From contig NEEC01000018.1 in the NCBI GenBank assembly GCA_002189035.1, forward strand, positions 62,001-126,000: a DNA stretch of 64,000 bases, read 5' to 3'. Position numbers and translations under genes: made by a program. Of the stretch, positions 51,666 through 64,000 are shown piece by piece (the stretch's first letter is position 1; every line of letters begins with the position of its first letter). The stretch is from Utricularia gibba. Its lineage: Eukaryota > Plantae > Magnoliophyta. The notes below the pieces were generated by a model, which ran no database searches, was not told where the DNA came from, and worked only from the letters and a program-made list of their open reading frames with translations.

Positions 51666-51823
51666 GAGGGGCGGACCGATTAATTTTTTAAAAATTTTGA
51701 AAATTTTAACTATTTTGATTGAGTTTCACCCCCCTTCCTAGTTTCGTCCCCCTCTTTCGAGTCTCGCCACCCCCTCTTCCGAGTTTCGTCCCCCCCTTTC
51801 ACAAAATCCTGCGTTCTCCACTG
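51666..51823. mobile_element. hAT-type MITE (158 bp) with internal ~20-bp tandem repeats
   Basis: Ends GAGGGGCGGACC and CTCCACTG resemble CAG(T/G)GGCGGA-type TIRs. 8-bp flanks CTGATCAT (51658-51665) and CTGATGAT (51824-51831) match at 7 of 8. About four gagtttc..cccc.tt units at 51720-51800. Confidence 0.7.
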
Positions 51824-52647
51824 CTGATGATCGTTATCGTGCGTCGAGGATCATCATCAAGGAGATAAAAGAGCCATCCCTAGCTTTTGAAGAGCTTGCC
51901 CAGCAGTTTTACCGCAGGTGATACAACCCAATGTTTTTCGCTTCAGAGCGAGGAAGAGATTAATTTTGGGCACAGTGGGAGAAGAAAAGGATCAAGAACT
52001 CATTGAGGAAGAGGATGCGTATGCAAACCAAGTGAACAAAATTCTTGCAAGTGGCGAATTCAATGTCAACTAGATTATCAAACCCTTTATGCTTAAGAGT
52101 TCAAGACAAGGTCTGTCTGAATCTTTGGGAACACAGTGAACTTCTGCTTGACTACAACAGCAACCTGACCGCTGCAAATATGGAAGCAAATAAAGCGAAG
52201 CAAGGATAAGAAAGCTGGCATTCCTTTTTCAAAATACCCACTGCACTTGCATAACGTATACACATGCCGAAGCGCAGGGGAAGTGCCAAGGATGATGTAT
52301 TCGATGAGCATCATTAATTTTACAGCTAGAAGTGCAACAATGATCAGTTAGTAACAGTACCTGGACATCAAGAAGTCATACAATCATTTGAAGCATGGTG
52401 CTTTCCTAATTTGTTTTCTTTGGATTTCCTGAAGAGTACCTTCACAATATTCAGAACCATCAGGATGTGATGCATTTAGACTGAAGCCGAAACCAAGAAG
52501 GTGATGATCAGAAGACCTCTGTTTTTCTCTGACTTGTTTGTATATCTAAGGTTGCATGCTATTTTCTTTGGGTTACCGACATAAAGCAAGTAGTTCCCTA
52601 CATGCATCAGCGTGCACATGCACAAAGCAGGTGTGATCATTAAGTTG

Positions 52648-55600
52648 TCATCGGAACAAGGGTAATATGCCCCATTGGTGAAGGAAGCCTTCACCGTTTG
52701 TAACCTCAAGTAGCAGCAGAACAAGCACTGCCAACATTGCGGCCCTCCCATTCCATGTTTCAGCACTCTTAGTCCAACCCCACTCCCACACTACCACGGG
52801 TGGCGGTAACTCCCTCCTCTGTGAATCATATGCAGCCAGCAGTTCTTCCACACTTCCTAGTGGAACTAAAGACTGCAAGAGGCACCGTAATGCATTCAGA
52901 CCTTGATGTGGATACACAAATTAAATAAAATCAAACGGAACCCATCAAACCTACAAGCAAGGAATTCACGGTTCCGTACATGTTAAGCATACAGAAACCA
53001 AGACTATTATTTTAAATTGAGCCAGCAAAAAACATTGACGTGAGGATTCAAACAGAAGAAAATAGAGACTGGAAAAGATCAAAAGAACTGACCATTAGTA
53101 TTCCACTGCAAATTGAATTCTGCCAATTACCTGTCGAGCTTCCAGATTAGAGACAGCCATTGCTCCAACATATGGAAGGCTTTCAATTACAGCATCCGCC
53201 AAATCAGAAATGAATGTAGGCTCACAACCGAGTGCTGGAACACGTCCCCAGTTCACTATACCAGATTCCAAAGCCAATTCCTTATACTCGACATCTATCT
53301 CCTCCAGTGTCTCGATGTGTTCACTAACAAAGCTATGGCAGACAAAATGAAAAAGTAACAGATGTGAACAAAGCATATCCTTGAGCCATTGCATGAATGA
53401 AATTTCAAATGGTAAAATTGGTGAAAAATAACAGTTGGGCTTCACCTAATTGGAACTGCTAGAAGACTCTTCACTCCTTTGCTTCCAAGCTCGACTATCA
53501 CATCATCTGTGTAGGGTTTCAACCATTCTACAGGACCAACTCTGCTCTGTATCACATCATGGCGGCTCAGATAAGATGAAACTGATAATACACTCAAAAT
53601 CGAAATACGAAGTGAACTAAAGATAAGATTCAATATTTTATACATACATGGTGAAATACAAAAATGGAGGTGGTAACATGGTGTACAAAGCTTCAAGTCA
53701 AGGGCGAGAACCTGATAGGCAAGGGTATATGTATTATATATCCCTCTCTTTTCAAGTTCATCCATGATTAAGTCCACACACTCCTCCATTTCAGCTTTGT
53801 AGGGGTCACCAGCTTCCTCGACGTAAGCAAGTGGTACCCCATGAGCCGTAAAGAAAATCAATGCCTATAACAGATATGCATACATTACAAAAAGTGATTC
53901 TTGGATTATATTTTTCGTATTATCAGCAACACACACCATATAGAACATCCAATAAACAAGATCAGCATTATGAAACATGATTGGTCACACAGATCTACCT
54001 CCCCGGGGGAGTCAAACTTCAAAAGTTCCTTTCCAATCAGATTTGCAATTGCTTTAATATAACCTTCTCGCTGATACCAGGATGGAATTACAGTGTGCTG
54101 CATGTTGACTAAATACTCATCCTCCCTGAGTTTAAAAGGTTTCAACGAAAACTGACATTTGATTCAGTGTTCAAAATGCGATGCTTTATCAATAAAGAGA
54201 CGAACCTGAATATGTTCTCAAGTAGACGAAGACTTGAACCACTTGTTGAGATAGAAAACTGAGGGTAGAGGGGAAGCACAACAAGCTTCGTAATTCCATC
54301 TCTTTTAATCTAGATATTTGGAAAAGAGTCAGACCGAAGACTTAAACAAATTGTTCCTATTGGCTGTCTTTGCGATGCTTCTTCACAAGAATGGATATGG
54401 TATGCAGAAGGACATTGATTTGAAAACAGAAACTCTGTCAAAAGAGTGAATTCTTCCAGAGATAGAGATTACAGAACATGACAACACGAGCTAATTGAAA
54501 TTTACAGAGATCAAACTGCAAAACCTAAATAGAATTGTTCAAGATATAAGTTCTAAAAAACAGCTACAGTGAGACTCTGCATCATCATATTAGCCCTTTT
54601 CATATCAATGAAATCTCTTCTGCATAAAAATGAAGATATCAATTAATTTGGAAAAAAAAAATGTCACATGGCTTCTGAAGATCAGTAACCAGTAATGCAT
54701 TGCACAGGTTACTGGTATCAAACACTTAAGCACAAACACACTCAAACGTATAAATTCAGATACTTGAGAGGAATTTACCCTTGTACCGATTACATTTAAT
54801 ACTAGCATGTTCTGTGAAGATATGGATTGAAAAAAAAATAAAAAATACATCAGAAAACTATAAACACATGTACTAATTCCTTAATGCAGCTAAATAAGAA
54901 CAGGATACAAGAAACGCCAACGGAAAAATATAGTCAGATACCTGCTCAATTGCTTCTTCAGTGAAGGGATGCCAGTAACGCATACCTACATACACCTTTG
55001 CTGGAAACTTCTTTTCACATAGTGCTTTCTCAATCTCTTTAGCCTTTAGAACAAAGATGTGTTACTTAATGAATACTAGATATTATACACGCATAAGTTA
55101 CCTATATTATTGGTACTGTGTAGTGAATGACATAAACCTTCATTGCATTTATAATTAATTTCCCATTTTTTCATATTAAACATTGCATAGCTTTCTGCGC
55201 TTCAAAAGCACAGGACCAATTTTTTACACTTGATGTTTGGATAAATATTGACTGACCTGGTAAGTGATCAGAAAATATATAAATTAAATGGTTCATTTGT
55301 TTCCAAATAGCTTAGACTGACATAGTAAAACTATAATCTGAACAAGATCATGCCTGTGCATCAGTCATACGCCGGAGAGGGGACCCACCACCAATTGAAG
55401 CATACCCTTCCTTGCTCTTTGGCGATCTTGCTACAGATATGAACTGTGCCAAAGGCTTTTGAAGAAATCGGAATAGTCTAGGCAGTCGAATAATATCCTG
55501 TGTTATCGCCAGGGAAAGGAACTTTCATTTTGATGGCAATAATTAGTGCAGTGCAGCTAAATAAAATTGACAAATGCTCACTGGATCGGCAAAAAGATTA

Positions 55601-56319
55601 AACAGGAAAGGCTGAACGTCATCCAATGTCTCTGGGCCGCCAAGGTTCAGCAAAAGTACCCCAATCTTCTCATTACCGTTAAGTGAGGTGATGGAGATAT
55701 CCTGGGATCCAGACGTGACCAGTGCTCCTGATTTTCCAGAGTGCTTTATTGGATGCTCCGTGAGTACAGATTGTACCTTTGACCATCCCCAGGAATGTCT
55801 AGCAAGGAGGGGCCCCTTCAACATGGAAGACCTAGGAAAAGCACCAGATTGAAATTTTGCACAAGGGCACATACTCTGATAGGAGAGCTTGGCTCTTGGC
55901 TGTAGCCTGCAAGAATCAAAATGCAAAGGGACGGAACTCAATTTCCAAAGAAACCCATATAAGTTTTCAAGCATTTGTTTAAATAATCGGTAAACAAGTC
56001 CAAATTACACAGCCAACAAGGAAAATGAAATGACCACAACACAATCATTTTCACAGCGCAGTGGCACAAACTAGACCAAATTGAACACTACCCATACTAA
56101 ATTAGTGAATTGGGGAAAGCCCCTTAAAAAAAGAGTGGCTAGGTTGCCGAAGACTGACAAAAAATTCTTCAGAAACCTAGTCCTGGACACACAACTGTGC
56201 TACGCCCAGAAAATCAATCCAACGGAAATGAGGAATCCCATAGTAGGTAGTGGGCAAAGCAAGAACCCTCACAAAGTAGAAGAAGGAGCTTGAATGCGTA
56301 TATCCATCGCCTGATTCAT
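52648..56319 (-). CDS. FC2: Plastid ferrochelatase 2 with C-terminal CAB/LHC motif, 509 aa
   Basis: Exons 56273-56319, 55582-55906, 55354-55497, 54942-55043, 54206-54309, 53999-54125, 53712-53864, 53446-53546, 53131-53332 and 52648-52872: 1530 nt in frame. Motifs: [79 protein letters not shown]. Confidence 0.97.
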
Positions 56320-56447
56320 CGTTTCAAGGAGAAGAAAACAAGAACAGAAAGTAATCCGCTGAAAGGGACGCTGGTGGTAGCGGAAGGGAACGGCGGTTTT
56401 GGAGATGTACTAATCGTTATTTCATACTGGTTGAGCATCGCCATTTT

Positions 56448-56455
56448 GCCACGTG
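56448..56455. promoter_or_regulatory. G-box (GCCACGTG) about 130 bp upstream of the FC2 start codon
   Basis: Motif is present. G-boxes are common in promoters of light-regulated plastid-protein genes; function here is inferred. Confidence 0.4.
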
Positions 56456-57326
56456 TTTTCGGGTGTTTATCTAACTCCAGTGTAGTATGGGATATTTAAA
56501 TTAATACAAATTCCAACATTTAAATTGTCTGAATTAATTTATTCTAAATTTGAGGATTCGTCTAAAAAAAAATCTTTTAAATTTATCTTTTATACTAACG
56601 GTATTAATTTTTTGAACAAACATTAAAAAAAGGTAATAAAAATATCATAATAGTACAATATTTTCACAATAATATTAGAGTAAAATTCAACTTGACTGTC
56701 GAGGATTCTGAGGAAATTCACAATGGAGATGGTTCTTGACAATCTCAATATCAACGCTCTACAATGTGTTAACTCTACATAGGCAGTAATATCATTTTTT
56801 AATTGCATTGATATTATAATGTCAAATATTTAATAACAAAATATTAAAAGTGAATGAATGAAATATCAAAGTGATTCAAAATCAATCATGTTGTTATTTA
56901 TATTATCAATTATATTTTCAAAACATAAATGGGTAAATGAAAAAAATACAATGAAATATAATAAAGTTATAATACACTTAATGCAATATAAAAAAATATT
57001 ACTTTTAATTTCTCAAGCTCTTTTATATATTTTTAATATTTTTATTTCATAACTTTTTGGCATCCATTCTTAACTACATATCAAAGCATTTACCATTTTT
57101 GGACTTAAGTAACTTCAAAAAGGATCAATTACACTTCCATCAATACTAACTGCAGATTCCTATACAATTGTTAAAACTAATGTAGTCATTAAATCTCTAG
57201 TTATTAAATAGAGTATAATATATCTAGAAACATTACATTTTCACCCATTTAAAATGTATAATTTATGCTATTTTGAGGTAACTTCAGCCTGCCGTTGTCA
57301 CCACATAGAATCCTCGAAAAGCAGAC

Positions 57327-59021
57327 GTGATCCCTCAAACAGCAGAGGTGGGAGAGCCCTCTACATGGAAAAAACGGAAAGACCCATCTTCCAAATCAAA
57401 GCATATCAGCTTGCATCAGCGATTGAAGGACATGCAGCAAACTTATAAGAATAAAAAAACTCCAGCGGAAGAACCACAAATAGAGCCACATGTCTCGCCT
57501 AAGAAGAAGGGGAAGAAACATAGAATGAAAAAGCAGAAGGCTCTGTTGGAGGAACCTGCGCCTGAGAAGGAATTTGCTGCACCTGAAAAAAAAGTGCTGC
57601 CCGCCATTGAGTAAAATGTGGAAATTTCCAGAAATGAAGAAGGGGCATCAGAAGAACCTGAGGCTGAAAATGAAATTCAGGAAGAGAAATATCAAGAGGA
57701 GGCTGGAGATAAAAATGAAACAGGACATGAACAGAAAATGGACGAACAGGGTGTGTAGCCACTAGTCCGAGGTCAGAAAGAGCAGGGAACTCAACCTGCA
57801 GAAACTGCAGCAAGCACAACTGAAGAGGAGCAGGAAAGGATGGAGAAGGTAAAGAAAAATTTCCCAAAATTAGTCCCTATGTTCATGAATGCAGGGAGAT
57901 TCGTAGTGGAAAGAGAGCGATTTCAACTACAAATGACTGGAAAGGGAATCCCTTACTTCAAGCACCATGTGGACATGTTAAACAAAAAATACCTGAAGTT
58001 TGAAACAGCAAAACATGTGGATAGATATGGAGAGGTAAAAGGTGCCAAGGTACTGCCATGGTACCTTTGAAATTCTTGTTGAATTGAACATAGTGGATAA
58101 GGTCTATACCATGTTTGAGAATTCTGCCTTTATGACCTTGTTTGAGTTAAAACTCCCTGCATGTGTGGAATTGTCATATGAATTCGCCTCTACTTTTATT
58201 TACAAAATTCCAGAAATTGTTTTGGAGCCTGCTGTTGTTTGCTTTCATTTGATGGGGACTGAATTTTCGTTTTCTTTGGCTGAGTAGAATGTTGCTCTTG
58301 GCTTTTGCTCAAAACAGTAAGTAGATTCGCATGATTTCACTGCTTCTTTATTCGATTATCCAGCAAACTTTGATGCTGAAGAATTTTATGGAATTTTGAC
58401 TGATCAGCATGTCACTGAATTTAAGACAAAAGGAACGAAATCTGAATTGTTTGTTGATCTGTTCATATATTAGTCACTACAACTCTTTTTGGTAAAAACG
58501 TTGGATTTAATGCTCTTTACAAACGTGAATTATTTGTGTTGTGGTGCATTATGAATAAGCGGTCTGTGAACTTAGGTGCAATGCTTGCTGAACAAATGAA
58601 TAGACATTATAGGCGTACTAAAATTCAGCAGCTAAACTTTGGTCATATTGTTATGCATCTGGTTCATACTCTTTGCCCTGAAAAACTATATGAACTTGAA
58701 TTCTTCCATGTTGAGACTAAGACAATACCATTGGATGCATATTCTCTGAAGGTTGCTAGACTAATCAACGTCCAAGGAAGTGAGTTTGTTTTTAGATCTT
58801 TGGAAGCATTGAAGGGGAGCGTTATCCCAAGGAAGAAGAAGGGAGACACTGCTGCTCCATCAACCTCGACCCCACCTCAAGGAGAGAAACGCTACTGCTG
58901 CCCAGAAATATTGGAGGTGATGAGCGACAAAATTTCAGACCTGATTTGGGTGATTACAGAGTTGAAACAGGGAGTGGCCGACGCCTCCCTGAACAAGGAA
59001 TCTGCTGCTAGAACGATTTAG
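57327..59021 (+). pseudogene. Athila-type extra ORF (ORF2/env-like) remnant
   Basis: Acidic/basic low-complexity N-part, then LFELKLPACVELSYEFASTF..FHLMGTEFSFSLAE and LWCIMNKRSVNLGAML..LNFGHIVMHL. Broken by stops and frameshifts, and followed by a 3' non-coding region and an LTR. Confidence 0.72.
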
Positions 59022-59911
59022 TACAGTAGGTTTTTATTTTTCGTTTTATTTTATTTATTTTCATGTTTAGGATGCTGTTTACGTCAAGGAAGGGTATCTA
59101 TTAGTCTAAGTCTAGACTAGGAGTCGTGTCTACTATAGTTTTATTTGGTAGCAGCAAATTGTTTCTGATGGCTATGCGATTAAACATTACACCTGCGAGA
59201 TGAATTCTATTGCATGAGCTTTGCAAACCTTTTTCATACCCATGAGCATGTTTTTATATTTTTATTTCATGAAAGCATGTGTATGACACGAGGAATCCAA
59301 GGAGTGTGCTCTAGATTATTTTTATATGAATTGTTGAACTTCATAGTCATTGTGGAACAGGTTGCCAATCACGAAAAAAAGAGAGGTGAATGAAGGGTCA
59401 AAAAAAAAGAAAAAAATTGAGACTCAAGTCCTAAAAAGCAGCACATATTAAAAGAGCATATGCAGATTCAATAAGTAGTGAAACGGTGAGCAAAGAAAGA
59501 CTAATCCAGAGGAGTACGAAGGAGCCTGGTGTTATAAGGTGTGAGTGTTTGCCCAACACTCAAAAAAGAAAAGTCAATCACATTATGCCCGGATTAGCCT
59601 AGAACAAGCTGCCCCTTCACTACTCAAAAAAAGAAGAGAAAAAATAGAAAAAAAAAATGGGTTGGCAACTGTGACCTTAAGTGACTTTGGAGGGATCAAT
59701 TCTATAAGGTATGATCTTCGAAAATACTACTCAAGAGGAAACTACTCATACATATTTGAGTAATGAAATGATATGCACACTTGCACTTATGTAGCTCATG
59801 CATCGAAATTTACTCTCAGTTTTTATGTTCATCACTGATACTGAAGGAATTAGTTTTATGTTAGTATTAGGTAGGACTTGGGGACAAGTCTAGTGTCATT
59901 GTAGCATAGTG

Positions 59912-61896
59912 TGATAGCACACAAATTTTCATGTTTTTAGAATATGAAAATCATGAGTTTTTAATTATGTTTAGTTGTTTATTTTATAGTTTTAAGTATT
60001 TTTATATATAATTTAGAAAAATATGATTTTTGGTGTATTAGTGGGCTAAATCAAAGGATTTAGCCCACCCTATGTCTAACCCGATTTTGGAGTCTAGCAG
60101 CTACCCGAAACTCATGGAAAAGTCAAGGATTTCATGTAAATTTCCGTGCAGCAGGAAGTAATGAATACACTGTCTCGATAATAGTTTGCAAGTTAGAGGC
60201 AGGAGCAGAAGAACTGTCATAGAATATACTTGCCTTGGGCAGTGGGAGGCGAGAGAAAGGGAGAGGAGAGAGAATCGCAAGGGGATAACACGTTTTTCAG
60301 AATACACATGGGGGGTTTTCCCTCCAACCTCCAACGTTGAGGAGAACAACTTCTCCTCCAACAACAACACCCGCAACACGAAGAACACCGACCAGAAGAG
60401 GAGAAGAAGAACTTCATCATCAAGAACAGCATAAGAACCAGTTAAGCGCCACTATTCCGATTCAGGAACAGTAGTAGACGGAAACCAGACTTCTTACTGC
60501 TTTGTTTTAGTTTGTTGATGTTTTCAGTTTATGCAACCAACTTTCGTATGATGTTCTCAACATTTTCGTTGTTTTATGTTAATGCCATTACATTTTGCCT
60601 TCAAAGCATGAGTAGCTAAACCTTAGGGGTGCCTTAAGGTGAAACATGGTGGTGTGACTCTACGAATCTCAATAAAATTCATCATTGTTTATTAGCTCTT
60701 GTTTCTATCAAGCCATCGGTAGACCTAAGGAGGAGAACAAATAGCTTCACAACTTAGATGCTTATTTAGAGGTAGACCAACAAATCAAGACGTGAGCAAT
60801 AGGTATTAGTCCGAGGTAAAACCAGTAGAATCGGGTAGACCTAATTGCAATGTTGGTGATAATATGGGGGACTAGCTTAGCCGAAAATATGATAAATGAC
60901 CTGGGTAGACTTAGGTTATTGTTCCTGGTTATTTAGTACTCCCCCAACACGACGAGTACTAAATCAGGAGAGGAGAAGATCTTCATCCTCAAGAACCGTA
61001 TATGAGCCCAGTTCCAACGCTACTGTTCCGTCTAGGGAACAGTAGCAGACGGAAACAAGAACTCTTACTGCTTTATTTTCGTTTGTGGATGTTTTTCAGT
61101 TTTTGCAGCCAACTCGTTCACAATGTTCTTGACATTTTCGTTGCTTTATGCTAATGTTATCATGTTTTACCTTCAAATCATGAGTAGCTAAACCCTAGGA
61201 ATGCCTTGAGGTGAAGCATAGTGGTGTGGGTCTAGGAATCTTAATAAAATTTACCATTGTTCCTTAGCTCTTGTTTCTATCAAACCATGAGTAGACCTAA
61301 AAAGGGGAACAAGTAGCTTCACAACTTAGATGCTTGATTTAGAGGTACACCAACAAATCAAGACGTGAGTGTAAGTCCGGAGTGGAACCAATAGAATTGG
61401 GTAGACCTAGTTCTATATGCTTTGCATGCGGGTAAACCTAATTGCAATGTTGGTGATGATATGAGGGATTAGCTTAGCCAAAAACATTGTGAATGACCAG
61501 AGTAGACTTAGGTTATTTGAAGTTATGAGTGTGGGAACATGGTAGATTAAATTAGGGATTTTGACACTACACTACCTACAGACCCTTAAGACACCTTAGT
61601 ATTATTCTGAGTTAGAACCAATACCTGTTACCTTAGCGTTAAGATCTGATATTGTTTACTTATCTTATTTACCGAACTTGTTTACCACTGTTGCTCCGAG
61701 CTTAGACTAAGACTTCCTGTTATCCCGAATTATGCATTTACTAAAACACTTAGCAAGCACAAGCTTTTCGTGATCGACCCCGACATCCACTATACAAGTT
61801 TTCTAAATTTGTATTTTGTGTAGATTAGGGATTATAAATTTATTTGATAACAAAATTTCTATTTTTACAACGATATTAGGAAATTTCCGTTTATCA
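59912..61896 (+). mobile_element. Athila-type LTR (1985 bp) lengthened by an internal ~560-bp duplication
   Basis: TGATAGCACAC..CCGTTTATCA. About 60400-60920 and 60965-61520 are diverged copies. The unduplicated family LTR at 28482-29886 is 1405 bp. Confidence 0.9.
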
Positions 61897-62164
61897 CCAT
61901 CCACAAGAACGAGATTACAAAGGTGTAGCTCTAATACTGTGTTCAAAAGGTAAAAAGAATAGAAATCAAAAGTCATAAACAATTTCGGAAAAATTTTTCA
62001 ATTCCTTATTTTTTGTTGGTATAAAATATGTATATATAAGTTTTCGGTTATAGCCCAATACAAATAAAAAACCACATATTTGCTCCAAGTCCAAAGTGAA
62101 GTCAAGCATCATCTTTCAAGGATGATATTCTAGATTGTTGAAAGTGACTTACCTTCAATAGCTT

Positions 62165-62435
62165 AAGGCTGCGATGGACAATTGCAGGATCTTAGAGCAG
62201 CTTTAAGACATGTCTTGATATGGGTGTTCTTGCGGAGGATCAAGCAGAAGAAGTCAACGATAATGAAGAGAATGTTGCCCAAGCTGGAAGCTATACTGCC
62301 GGTGGAACTAACACTCTTTACTATGCGAGACAGTCCAAGAAAATTGGCAAGAAATGGATATGTTGTTTGTGGGGTGTCGGTTTTGTGATAGTATTCCTAT
62401 TATCAGCTTGGTTGCAAGATGCACAAACAGAATGA
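62165..62435 (+). pseudogene. SYP112: Syntaxin (SYP112-like) SNARE-plus-TM 3' fragment
   Basis: AAMD..LEQL*..LDMGVLAEDQAEEVNDNEENVAQAGSYTAGGTNTLYYARQSKK plus a hydrophobic tail. The GGTN.LYYA motif is recalled from SYP112. There is a stop and a frameshift before LDM, and no N-terminal Habc region was found. Confidence 0.75.
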
Positions 62436-62585
62436 TCCTACCTAGTAGCCATTCCTCTTGGGTTAGTGCAATTTCACAGAAGAATAAGTACAAGATTATC
62501 TTAAGCAGTAAGTTATTGTTCCTGGACTGCCCTCCTCCCATAGACTGGAGGTGTAACAAAAAGGAGAAAGACTGAGTTTCAATGA

Positions 62586-63932
62586 TCAAGACACGCTTAG
62601 CACTTGGGTAGCAGTCCAAGATTCATTAGGCTCCAGCAGAACATGTCCAATCTGAAACGCAGAGATGATAAGAAACAACATTTTTTCTTAAATCACAAAC
62701 GAGGAGCAAAAAGCAGGAGTTCCATAAAAATCTTCACCCCGTGAAAGCTGATGCCGAACACCAGACCACTCAATCAAAAAGAATGTTGTTTCAACTCGTA
62801 CCTTGGCGTTTTCAACACAAACGAAATCTTTATAGCATGCTTCCATGGTTAAATATGGGTTCCACAAGACGGTGTCAGACCAACTGTTGAAGAAAATGAA
62901 AATGTGAGCATATGATGGAAACAGGAACACTGACGTTCAACCAGAATCTTGAGTACTTTGTATTTTTTATGGTGATCACATCCCCAAGACCGTTCTCCAG
63001 CTCCAGTTCCTTAGGAGCATCAAGATAGATGCAATCAACAAACCCAGGGAAGGTTACGTTTTCTCTGTTTCAACATGTCAAGGGTAGTGGTAAATAGAGA
63101 AAAATAAAACATGAACCGAGATCAAAATCCTGCACGACGTAGAGTGCGTACCTTTCTTCCTTACCCTCGATGGGATTTTTAGGATCAGGATCTTTGTTCA
63201 AAGTTCTGCAGCCTTTTAGACCCTTGACAGATGCTCCCGTAACTGAAGCCTGCAGTTCCTCCAAAAATGAAATAACGGAACAAAAGGGTTTCATCTAATA
63301 TAACGGAAAAGATGATCGATCAAACACGATTATAATACTATAACTCTCAAGAAATTTGAGAAAATGGTAACGGATACCTTGAAATAAGTGTGAAGGGCAG
63401 TTGTAAATGAAAATGGTTTTGCATCAGTGTTTGTTATTTTCAGCTCAGTGGAGAGGACATTTTTGCCAAGAGTAACCTGTCTCAGAGTAACGAGAAGGTG
63501 AAACTGGCAGAAAAAATGAATGAAGAATCTATACGAAGGTGCAGTGAACAGCAATCGAGAGTTAAGGGCTGTAAAATCGGTTACCCTGTAAAGAGCCTGA
63601 AAGCTGTAGTCCCACATGGCACGGCTGTATGGATCATCTTTTAACTCCAACGTGACTGCTGGATTGACTTCATCATTTTCAGAACTAACAACAGACCAGT
63701 TCATGTTTCTAGCAAAACCGTGCTGCATAAAACCAATTCATGACTTCCATCATTTTCAAAACTCAAAGGCCTGTTCCATAGGTCTACAGTTACTGAGTTT
63801 CCGTTCTACGTGAATTCAATATCGAGCTTCAGTAGACTAAAGATTTGATCTCAGTAATGGTGGATTCATTCCCAAGTTACCTGCTGTATCGCCCCAGGTC
63901 CAAACTGTGGAAAACAGTGCGGTATGCCGCCA
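62586..63932 (-). CDS. Aldose 1-epimerase / glucose-6-phosphate 1-epimerase-like protein (galactose mutarotase fold), 5'-partial
   Basis: Exons 63881-63932, 63585-63722, 63378-63476, 63152-63249, 62957-63064, 62802-62883 and 62586-62651, all GT-AG and in phase. Motifs: GGIPHCFPQFG, QHGFARN, ALHTYF, VDCIY, VLWNP, FVCVENA. The gene continues beyond 64000. Confidence 0.93.
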
Positions 63933-64000
63933 CTGTTGCAAAGTGAGATAACAATCACAAGAAAAAAAAAGTGAATCATGAAACCATAGTCAAAGGACTT

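Noticed and set aside
1-64000. tRNA, rRNA, snRNA and SINE genes
   Set aside because: GTTCGA hits (about 1657, 14570, 37298) lack an A-box or cloverleaf context, and no rRNA or U-snRNA sequence was recognised.

Overview
AT-rich plant (angiosperm) nuclear DNA: a few intron-containing genes set in dense, nested transposon debris. Apparently intact genes: an MFS transporter (minus, 15044-17020), an IDD1/IDD2-clade C2H2 zinc-finger factor (minus, 35317-37111), two tandem class I defensins (plus, 48090-48386 and 49515-49816), plastid ferrochelatase FC2 with its CAB tail (minus, 52648-56319, one GC-AG intron) and the 3' part of an aldose/glucose-6-phosphate 1-epimerase-like gene that continues past the window end. 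Decayed gene fragments: PLS-class PPR, SYP112-like syntaxin and a multi-exon FCP1/NIF-type HAD phosphatase-like gene. Transposons: CRM, Tat and Athila Gypsy remnants and solo LTRs (two with perfect 5-bp TSDs), two Copia remnants, a PIF/Harbinger, a hAT remnant, a hAT MITE and a long-TIR MULE. The most unusual structure is 42.5-47.1 kb, where the FCP1-like gene lies between oppositely oriented ~70-bp tandem arrays. A third array sits in its leader intron, and a perfect hairpin built from the same core motif sits in its promoter region. All family assignments come from motif recognition by eye; no database search was run. No tRNA, rRNA or CRISPR features were seen.
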